Below are positions 57,403-64,000 of a DNA stretch of 64,000 nt, piece by piece. A program made the position numbers and the translations under genes. The notes under the pieces were generated by a model. That model did no database searches and was not told the DNA's origin. It was given only the letters and a program-made list of their open reading frames with translations. Source of the DNA: Acutalibacteraceae bacterium (GTDB lineage: Bacteria; Bacillota; Clostridia; Oscillospirales; Acutalibacteraceae); NCBI GenBank assembly GCA_045601805.1, contig JAZSAJ010000046.1, forward strand, positions 11,470 through 75,469, in the 5' to 3' direction. How positions within the stretch are numbered: the first letter of the stretch is position 1; each line of letters starts with the position of its first letter.

Positions 57403-57431
57403 TTGACAATAAATTGTTAGTGTGTTATACT
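57403..57431 (+). promoter_or_regulatory. Sigma-A promoter candidate (TTGACA-17 nt-TATACT)
   Basis: Hexamers at 57403-57408 and 57426-57431, upstream of ylxM-ffh. Confidence 0.55.
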
Positions 57432-57473
57432 CTTGCTGTAAAGAAAAAAACTTGACAGCGGTGGGTAAAAGAA

Positions 57474-57761
57474 ATGAAAGACTTATCGGTTTGCAATTTG
57501 TTAGATGTTTATGGCGAACTTTTAAATGAAAAGCAATACCGTCTTTCTTGGGATTACTACAGTGAAGACCTTTCGCTTTCTGAAATTGCCGAAAACGAAG
57601 GGCTAACGCGCCAAGCCGCGCACGAACTAATTAAACGCGCCACCGCTTTACTTTATTCTTATGAAGAAAAACTTAAATATTTAACCACAATAAATTCCCT
57701 AAAGGAAGCGGTTAAGAATAACGATAAAGAAGCGGTATTTAAAATTATAGAACAGTTGTAA
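57474..57761 (+). CDS. ylxM: YlxM (UPF0122) putative DNA-binding protein
   Basis: 95 aa. LLDVYGELLNEKQYRLSWDYYSEDLSLSEIAENEGLTRQAAHELIKR (sigma region 4-like HTH). Conserved position upstream of ffh. Confidence 0.8.
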   Translation: MKDLSVCNLLDVYGELLNEKQYRLSWDYYSEDLSLSEIAENEGLTRQAAHELIKRATALLYSYEEKLKYLTTINSLKEAVKNNDKEAVFKIIEQL

Positions 57762-57772
57762 GGAGTAGTAAG

Positions 57773-59116
57773 ATGGCATTTGAAAGCCTTTCTGATAAAC
57801 TTGCCGGCGTTTTTAAACGCTTGCGTTCACGAGGTAAAATAAGTGAATCAGATGTTAAAGAGGCAATGCGTGAAGTGCGTCTTGCACTTTTAGAAGCCGA
57901 TGTAAACTATAAAGTAGCGAAAGATTTTACAAATAGCGTTGCCGAAAAGTGTATTGGCGCAAATGTTATGGAATCTTTAACTGCTGCACAAATGATTGTT
58001 AAAATTGTTAGGGACGAGTTAACGCTTTTAATGGGCGAAGAAAAGGCGCGTCTTAACACTTCTTCGCGTTTGCCAACCGTTATTATGATGTGCGGTTTGC
58101 AAGGTGCAGGTAAAACAACGCATTGTGCTAAACTTGCAAAATATTTAAAATCAAACGGGCACAGACCTTTGCTTGTTGGCTTAGATATTTATCGCCCTGC
58201 CGCAATAGAACAATTAAAGGTTGTGGGCGAACAGGTAAATGTGCCTGTTTTTGAAAAGGGAACGCAAAAACCCGAAATTACCGCAAAACAAGCCATTGCA
58301 CACGCAAGAGATTACGGTAACGATTTTGTTATTTTAGATACTGCCGGCCGTTTACATGTTGACACAGAACTAATGGATGAACTAAAACGTATTACCCAAG
58401 CGGTTGAAGTTCATAATGTTTTGCTTGTTGTTGATTCAATGGTTGGTCAAGATGCTGTTAATGTTGCAAAAACATTTAATGAAACACTTGAAATTACGGG
58501 TGTTATTTTAACAAAACTTGACGGTGATACGCGTGGCGGTGCTGCGCTTTCGGTTAAGGCGGTTACCGGTAAACCAATACTGTTTTCGGGTGTTGGTGAA
58601 AAGTTAGATGAACTTGAAGAATTTCATCCCGACCGTATGGCTTCTCGTATTCTTGGTATGGGCGATGTACTTTCGCTTATAGAAAAGGTTGAAACCGAAA
58701 TTGACCAGCAAAAAGCCGAAGAAACGGCAAAGCGGTTAACCGAGAATAAATTTGATATGAACGATTTGCTCCTGCAGTTTACCCAAATTAAAAAAATGGG
58801 TTCGCTAAAAAGCGTACTTTCAATGCTTCCGGGCGTTGAAAAGCAAATTCGTGATGTTGATATTGATGATAGGGCAATGCTCCGTGTAGAAGCCATAATA
58901 AAATCTATGACGGCAAAAGAAAGGCGAAAACCTGACATAATCAATGCTTCGCGTAAAAAGCGTATTGCCGCAGGTTCTGGCACAAAGGTAGAAGACGTTA
59001 ATAAACTTTTAAACCAATATGCCCAAATGAAAAAAATGTTTAAACAGTTTAGCAATAAAAAGGGCAAACGCAGAATGCCCAATTTCCCGGGTATGCCAGG
59101 TGGCTTTGGTTTTTAA
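57773..59116 (+). CDS. ffh: Signal recognition particle protein Ffh
   Basis: 447 aa. N-G domain (GLQGAGKTT, DTAGR, TKLDGD) and a Met-rich M domain. Confidence 0.95.
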   Translation: MAFESLSDKLAGVFKRLRSRGKISESDVKEAMREVRLALLEADVNYKVAKDFTNSVAEKCIGANVMESLTAAQMIVKIVRDELTLLMGEEKARLNTSSRLPTVIMMCGLQGAGKTTHCAKLAKYLKSNGHRPLLVGLDIYRPAAIEQLKVVGEQVNVPVFEKGTQKPEITAKQAIAHARDYGNDFVILDTAGRLHVDTELMDELKRITQAVEVHNVLLVVDSMVGQDAVNVAKTFNETLEITGVILTKLDGDTRGGAALSVKAVTGKPILFSGVGEKLDELEEFHPDRMASRILGMGDVLSLIEKVETEIDQQKAEETAKRLTENKFDMNDLLLQFTQIKKMGSLKSVLSMLPGVEKQIRDVDIDDRAMLRVEAIIKSMTAKERRKPDIINASRKKRIAAGSGTKVEDVNKLLNQYAQMKKMFKQFSNKKGKRRMPNFPGMPGGFGF

Positions 59117-59176
59117 TTAGTTCTTATTTGCCGAAATTTCGGTTTAAGATAAACAAAACTTATGGAGGTGTTTTAA

Positions 59177-59419
59177 GTGGCAGTAAAAATTAGATTGCGT
59201 CGTCTTGGCGCTAAGAAAGCTCCTTTTTACCGTGTAGTTGTTGCTGATTCCAGATTCCCCAGAAACGGTCGTTTCATTGAAGAAATCGGTTATTTTGACC
59301 CGACCAAAGAACCTGCAGTAGTTAGCATTGACGGTGAAAAAGCAAAGCAGTGGATTGCTAATGGCGCACAGCCGACCGATACCGTAAAAGCTCTTCTTAA
59401 GAAAAACGGTGTACTTTAA
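59177..59419 (+). CDS. rpsP: 30S ribosomal protein S16
   Basis: 80 aa, GTG start with a [34 protein letters not shown]. Confidence 0.95.
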   Translation: MAVKIRLRRLGAKKAPFYRVVVADSRFPRNGRFIEEIGYFDPTKEPAVVSIDGEKAKQWIANGAQPTDTVKALLKKNGVL

Positions 59420-59432
59420 TCAATTTTAAAGG

Positions 59433-59678
59433 ATGGCTAAATTAATGAAAGAACTGTTAATTGCTATTGCTTCGGGCCTTGTTGAGAACCCCGATGCAGT
59501 GACTGCAGAAGTTGATGAAGTGAACGAAGAAGGCGTTGTTGTTTTCCACCTTCATGTTGCCGAAAGCGATATGGGTAGGGTAATTGGAAAGCAGGGAAGA
59601 ATAGCAAAAGCTATTCGCACCCTTATGCGCGCCGCTGCTGTTCGTGAAAACATTAAAATTGCAGTTGAAATTGACTAA
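59433..59678 (+). CDS. KH domain-containing RNA-binding protein (YlqC family)
   Basis: GRVIGKQGRIAKAIRTLMRAAA is the KH GxxG core. The start may instead be ATG 59445 (MKELLIAIA..). Confidence 0.8.
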   Translation: MAKLMKELLIAIASGLVENPDAVTAEVDEVNEEGVVVFHLHVAESDMGRVIGKQGRIAKAIRTLMRAAAVRENIKIAVEID

Positions 59679-59784
59679 ATTTCTATGGTGGCATTTTTTG
59701 TCACCACAACGAATGTTAAACCCCCATTTCTTGCACTTTGTATAGATGGGGGTATTTATATATAAATGATGATAAGGGAAATAT

Positions 59785-60303
59785 ATGCGTAAAGATTTTT
59801 TAGAAATAGGCAAGTTTGTTGGTTCGCACGGTATAAAGGGATTAATTAAGGTGCAGTATTGGTGCGATGACGCCGAATTTTTTGCTTCTTTTAAAACTTT
59901 ATATTTAAAAGATAATAGCGGTTATAAACCCATTAGTGTGCAAAGCGCAAAGCCCCACGGCAATATTATTCTTTTAAAATTAAAGGGCGTTGATACTATT
60001 GAACAGGCCGAAGAATATAGAGGAAATGTTGTTTATATAAAAAGGGACGATGCTGTTTTAGAAGACGGCAGGTATTTTATTGAAGAAATTATTGGCTGTA
60101 AGGTTTTTGATTTTAATACTAAAGAACAGTTTGGTGTGTTAAGCGATGTAACACAAAACCCTGCAAACGATATTTGGCATATTGAAAAAGACGGCAAAGA
60201 ATATTTAATGCCTGCTATTCCACAGTTTATAAATAAGGTTGATATTGATAAAGAAGAGGCATATATTACACCGCCAAAGGGGATATTTGACGATGAGAAT
60301 TGA
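59785..60303 (+). CDS. rimM: Ribosome maturation factor RimM
   Basis: 172 aa. LEIGKFVGSHGIKGLIKV and a C-terminal PRC barrel. Confidence 0.9.
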   Translation: MRKDFLEIGKFVGSHGIKGLIKVQYWCDDAEFFASFKTLYLKDNSGYKPISVQSAKPHGNIILLKLKGVDTIEQAEEYRGNVVYIKRDDAVLEDGRYFIEEIIGCKVFDFNTKEQFGVLSDVTQNPANDIWHIEKDGKEYLMPAIPQFINKVDIDKEEAYITPPKGIFDDEN

Positions 60304-61030
60304 TATTTTAACCCTTTTTCCAAAAATGTGCGAAAATGTGCTTGGCGAAAGTATTATTGGCCGTGCACAAAAAAACAACAAGGTTCAAATAAATTGTATA
60401 AATATACGCGAGTATGCTAATAATAAGCACAATAAGGTAGACGATGCTCCTTTTGGCGGCGGAATGGGTATGGTTATGGCTGCCGAACCTGTTTTTAATT
60501 GTTGTAATACGCTTTATGAACTAAACGAAAATAAACCGCATATTATTTATATGTCGCCGAAAGGGAAGACCTTTGACCAACAAAAAGCAATTGAACTATC
60601 AAAAAAAGAGCATATTGTTTTTCTTTGCGGACATTACGAAGGATTAGACCAACGCGTAATTGATGAACTTGTAGATGAAGAAATTTCTATTGGCGACTAT
60701 GTTTTAACCGGTGGGGAATTGCCGGCGCTTGTTTGCGCCGATGCGGTTTGCAGAATGCTTCCGGGTGGGCTATCAGACGAAGTTTGTTTTACCGAAGAAA
60801 GCCATTTTGCAGGTTTGCTTGAATATCCCCAGTATACGCGCCCTGCCGTTTGGCACGAACAAACGGTTCCGGCGGTGCTTCTTTCGGGTGACCATGCTGC
60901 TGTTGATAAATGGCGCAGGGAAGAATCGCTTAAAATTACGCTAAAAAAACGCCCCGACATTTTAAAGAATGCCGAACTTTCTAAAAAAGATATAATCTTT
61001 TTAAAGAGTTTGGGTTACGAAAGTGAATAG
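60293..61030 (+). CDS. trmD: tRNA (guanine37-N1)-methyltransferase TrmD
   Basis: Start at ATG 60293, overlapping the rimM stop. MRIDILTLFPKM.., DDAPFGGGMGMVM, CGHYEGLDQRV, SIGDYVLTGGELPA. Confidence 0.95.
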   Translation: MRIDILTLFPKMCENVLGESIIGRAQKNNKVQINCINIREYANNKHNKVDDAPFGGGMGMVMAAEPVFNCCNTLYELNENKPHIIYMSPKGKTFDQQKAIELSKKEHIVFLCGHYEGLDQRVIDELVDEEISIGDYVLTGGELPALVCADAVCRMLPGGLSDEVCFTEESHFAGLLEYPQYTRPAVWHEQTVPAVLLSGDHAAVDKWRREESLKITLKKRPDILKNAELSKKDIIFLKSLGYESE

Positions 61031-61041
61031 TTTGTTGTTAT

Positions 61042-61068
61042 TTTGCACAAATTGGGAATTTGTGCAAA
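61042..61068. repeat. Perfect 12-bp palindrome TTTGCACAAATT-GGG-AATTTGTGCAAA
   Basis: Stem 61042-61053/61057-61068 with no U-tract. Shares the GCACAAAT/ATTTGTGCAAA arms with hairpin 4 at 3578-3612. Confidence 0.5.
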
Positions 61069-61109
61069 TGGCGAATTGGTAGAAAAAATAGAACTTTGTA
61101 AAAGTACTA

Positions 61110-61137
61110 TTGACTACTGAATATTATGTGGTAAAAT
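61110..61137 (+). promoter_or_regulatory. Promoter candidate (TTGACT-16 nt-TAAAAT, TG-rich extended -10)
   Basis: Hexamers at 61110-61115 and 61132-61137, upstream of ptsH. Confidence 0.45.
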
Positions 61138-61185
61138 AGTAATAGTAAATTTGTAGAATTTTATCATATATAAGGAGAAATTTAT

Positions 61186-61449
61186 ATGTGCGTTAAAGAT
61201 GTTGTTATTCACAATCAAGTTGGCTTACATGCAAGACCTGCTACCTTTTTCATTCAAAAGGCAAACGAGTTTAAATCTTCTATTTGGGTAGAAAAAGAAA
61301 ACCGCCGTGTTAACGCAAAAAGTTTGCTTGGCGTTTTGTCGCTTGGCATTGTTGGCGGTACAGGCATTAAAATTATTGCCGATGGAAGCGACGAAAAACA
61401 AGCAGTTGAAGCACTTGTTGCTTTGGTTGAATCTGGTTTTAATGATTAA
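61186..61449 (+). CDS. ptsH: Phosphocarrier protein HPr
   Basis: 87 aa. His-15 site NQVGLHARPA and the Ser-46 region NAKSLLGVLSLG. Confidence 0.9.
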   Translation: MCVKDVVIHNQVGLHARPATFFIQKANEFKSSIWVEKENRRVNAKSLLGVLSLGIVGGTGIKIIADGSDEKQAVEALVALVESGFND

Positions 61450-61458
61450 TTTTTTTAA

Positions 61459-61506
61459 AGACGCCTTTTGGCGTCTTTTTTTATGCCCGTAAAAGCGGGC
61501 TTTTTT
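61459..61506 (+). terminator. Tandem intrinsic terminators
   Basis: AGACGCC-TTTT-GGCGTCT plus T6 (61459-61482), then GCCCGT-AAAA-GCGGGC plus T6 (61485-61506). Confidence 0.8.
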
Positions 61507-61556
61507 GTTTTATAAAACTAAAAATAAAAATAATGAAAATACTTCCAAAAAAACGC

Positions 61557-61585
61557 TTGACACAAGGAAAATATTGTAATATAAT
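61557..61585 (+). promoter_or_regulatory. Consensus sigma-A promoter (TTGACA-17 nt-TATAAT)
   Basis: Hexamers at 61557-61562 and 61580-61585, about 140 nt upstream of the rpoB start. Confidence 0.6.
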
Positions 61586-61723
61586 AAATAATCACTAATG
61601 ATGGGGTAATATGGCTATATTTGTGCTTTTTTGCCTTATGGCATAGCCCAAAAAGCCGCCCCAAATTAAGTTTTTTCTCTTGCGGCAAGACCGTAAAATT
61701 TTCGGAGGAGTGAATGTAAACCT

Positions 61724-64000
61724 ATGGAGTCAACAGTTAAGGTAAAACCTGTGCAACTGGGTAAAAACACTCGTATGACGTTCTCCAAAATCAATGAAGT
61801 TATAGACATGCCTAACCTCATTGAGATACAGAAGGATTCATACAAATGGTTTGTGGAAGAGGGACTGAAAGAAGTATTCCGTGATATGTCGTCTATAACC
61901 GACTATACCGGTAACTTTGAACTCAGTTTTATCGACTACAGGTTAGATGAAAAACCTAAGTATGATGTAACCGAATGTAAAGCGCGCGATACGACATATG
62001 CAGCACCGCTTCGCGTTACTGCACGCCTGCTTAACAAAGAAACAGGCGAAATTAAAGAAAGTGAAGTATTTATGGGCGATTTCCCGTTAATGACAGAATC
62101 GGGTACTTTTGTTATTAACGGTGCTGAACGTGCTGTGGTATCACAGTTAGTTCGTTCCCCCGGTGTATATTATGATGTAACATCTGATATTAAAACCGGT
62201 AAAAAGCTTTATTCTTCTACAATTATTCCTAATCGCGGTGCTTGGCTTGAATACGAAGTATCTATGAACGACGTTATATACGTTAGAATAGATAAAAATC
62301 GTAAAATTCCCATTACCGTTTTCTTGCGTTCGTTGGGTCTTGCCACAAACGAGCAAATTTCTGCTGTTTTTGGTAATGATGCTTGTTTGAGCGCTACTAT
62401 GGATGTTGATAACATTTCCACCAAAGAAGAAGCATTAATTGAACTTTATAAAAAGCTTCGCCCCAGCGAACCTGTTACTGTTGAGGGCGCTGAAAATTAT
62501 ATTTCTCAACTCTTCTTTGATGAAAGACGTTACGATATTTCAAGGGTTGGCCGTTATAAATACAATAAGAAACTTGCTATTGCTGCGCGTATTGCCGGCA
62601 AAACTTCTGTTGGTGTGGTTGTTGACCCGTTAACAGGCGAAGTTTTGGCTGAACCCGATGAAGTGATTGAAAAGGATACAGCGCGTAAAATTGAAGAAAG
62701 AGGCGTAAATGCCGTTGATGTTTACACAACCGATGCTGAAGGCAACCGCCACGAAGTGCGCGTCCTTTCAAACGGCATGGTAAACATTAAAGACTTTATT
62801 GATTTTGATGTTACCGATTTAGGCATTAACGAAAATGTTTCTTTTGCTTGCTTAAAAGAAATTCTTGAAAACAATAAAGACGAAGAATCTATTCGTGAAG
62901 CAATTGCCGAAAAGGTTGATATTCTTATTCCTAAACATATTACAATTGATGATATTTATGCAACTGTAAGTTACTTTATTGGCCTTAACTACGGTATTGG
63001 TAATGTTGATGATATTGACCATTTGGGTAACCGTAGAATTCGTAGTGTTGGTGAATTGCTCCAAAACCAATTCCGCATTGGTTTTTCCCGTATGGAACGC
63101 GTTGTTAAGGACAAGATGACCTTACAGGCGCAAGACGAAGAAAAAGCAACTCCTCAGTCGCTTATCAATATTCGTCCGGTTGTTGCTGCTATTAAAGAAT
63201 TCTTTGGTTCTTCTCCGCTTTCACAGTTTATGGACCAAACTAACCCGCTTTCCGAACTTACACACAAACGTCGTCTTTCTGCGCTTGGCCCCGGCGGTCT
63301 TTCGCGTGACCGTGCTTCGTTTGAAGTTCGTGATGTTCACTACACCCATTACGGCCGTATGTGTCCTATTGAAACACCTGAAGGCCCCAACATTGGTTTG
63401 ATTTCTTATCTTGCTACTTTTGCTCGTATTAACGAATACGGCTTTATTGAAGCACCTTTCCGTAAGGTAGATAAAGTTAATAAGCGTGTTCTTGATGAAG
63501 TTGTTTACATGACAGCCGATGAAGAAGACGAATATTTCGTTGCTCAGGCAAACGAGCCGCTTGATGAAAACGGTTATTTTGTTAATTCAAAGGTAAACGC
63601 TCGTTTCCGTGACGAATTTAAAGAAATTGAAGCTGCAAAAGCTGACTTTATGGACGTTTCGCCTAAAATGGTTGTATCGGTTGCTACCGCAATGATTCCG
63701 TTCCTTGAAAACGACGATACCAACCGTGCGCTTATGGGTTCAAACATGCAGAAGCAGGCAGTTCCGCTTCTTAAAACCGAAAGCCCTATTGTTGCTACCG
63801 GTATGGAATATAAAGCAGCGGTTGATTCGGGCGTTATTGTGCTTTCAAAACGTGCAGGCGAAGTTCAATATGTTTCTTCCGATGTTATTAAAATTAAAAC
63901 CGAATCGGGCGAGGTTGATGAATACAACCTTATTAAATTCTTGCGTTCTAACCATGGCACTTGCATTAACCAAAGACCTATTGTTTCTGTTGGTCAAAAA
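61724..64000 (+). CDS. rpoB: DNA-directed RNA polymerase subunit beta (5' 759 codons; continues beyond the window)
   Basis: Not in the ORF track because it has no stop in the window. Hand translation: [72 protein letters not shown].. Confidence 0.95.
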   Translation, partial: MESTVKVKPVQLGKNTRMTFSKINEVIDMPNLIEIQKDSYKWFVEEGLKEVFRDMSSITDYTGNFELSFIDYRLDEKPKYDVTECKARDTTYAAPLRVTARLLNKETGEIKESEVFMGDFPLMTESGTFVINGAERAVVSQLVRSPGVYYDVTSDIKTGKKLYSSTIIPNRGAWLEYEVSMNDVIYVRIDKNRKIPITVFLRSLGLATNEQISAVFGNDACLSATMDVDNISTKEEALIELYKKLRPSEPVTVEGAENYISQLFFDERRYDISRVGRYKYNKKLAIAARIAGKTSVGVVVDPLTGEVLAEPDEVIEKDTARKIEERGVNAVDVYTTDAEGNRHEVRVLSNGMVNIKDFIDFDVTDLGINENVSFACLKEILENNKDEESIREAIAEKVDILIPKHITIDDIYATVSYFIGLNYGIGNVDDIDHLGNRRIRSVGELLQNQFRIGFSRMERVVKDKMTLQAQDEEKATPQSLINIRPVVAAIKEFFGSSPLSQFMDQTNPLSELTHKRRLSALGPGGLSRDRASFEVRDVHYTHYGRMCPIETPEGPNIGLISYLATFARINEYGFIEAPFRKVDKVNKRVLDEVVYMTADEEDEYFVAQANEPLDENGYFVNSKVNARFRDEFKEIEAAKADFMDVSPKMVVSVATAMIPFLENDDTNRALMGSNMQKQAVPLLKTESPIVATGMEYKAAVDSGVIVLSKRAGEVQYVSSDVIKIKTESGEVDEYNLIKFLRSNHGTCINQRPIVSVGQK

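Noticed and set aside
1-64000. Search for CRISPR arrays, IS elements or transposases, integrases, prophage genes, reverse transcriptases, toxin-antitoxin pairs or known defence-system genes
   Set aside because: No regularly spaced direct repeats were seen. No ORF has transposase, integrase, RT, nuclease-NTPase or defence-type motifs. Every long ORF is accounted for by housekeeping or ordinary accessory functions.

Overview
Chromosomal core segment of a low-GC, endospore-forming Firmicute of class Clostridia. A dockerin-bearing secreted protein and the overall gene content suggest a Ruminococcus/Oscillospiraceae-like organism, but that is inference only. I count about 60 protein genes, nearly all housekeeping. 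They include pheS-pheT and ileS (each behind a T-box leader), a heterodimeric ABC exporter, rex, topB plus a class B sortase, and scpA-scpB-ytfJ-dacB-rluB (synteny as in Bacillus). Also present are secG, addB-addA, a YifB/ComM-like ATPase, gap, a CapD-like dehydratase, a SigH-like sigma factor, and an OmpR/HK/HtrA module. The right end carries spoIIGA-sigE, ylxM-ffh-rpsP-KH-rimM-trmD, ptsH and the 5' 759 codons of rpoB. A partial family-2 glycosyltransferase runs off the left edge; it and rpoB are missing from the ORF track because they have no stop in the window. There is one tRNA, Pro(CGG). I found no IS element, integrase, prophage gene, CRISPR array, reverse transcriptase or recognisable defence gene, so I cannot point to a novel protein-based system. 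What the annotation does not explain is non-coding. (1) The tRNA-Pro transcription unit has a 28-nt duplicated tRNA 5' fragment and a GC-rich, well-folding ~167-nt insert between its promoter and the intact tRNA. (2) A promoter-to-terminator structured leader of ~210 nt with alternative pairings lies upstream of the dockerin gene; I cannot assign it to any riboswitch class. (3) Six abutting, non-homologous hairpins lie between pheT and ireB, and one of them shares its arms with a palindrome upstream of ptsH. (4) A 23-nt direct repeat brackets an AT-rich 3' module of the dockerin gene and leaves an orphan dockerin C-terminus remnant. (5) An SD-AUG-UAA start-stop sits 4 nt before the rpoB start codon. 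All functional interpretations of these are hypotheses.
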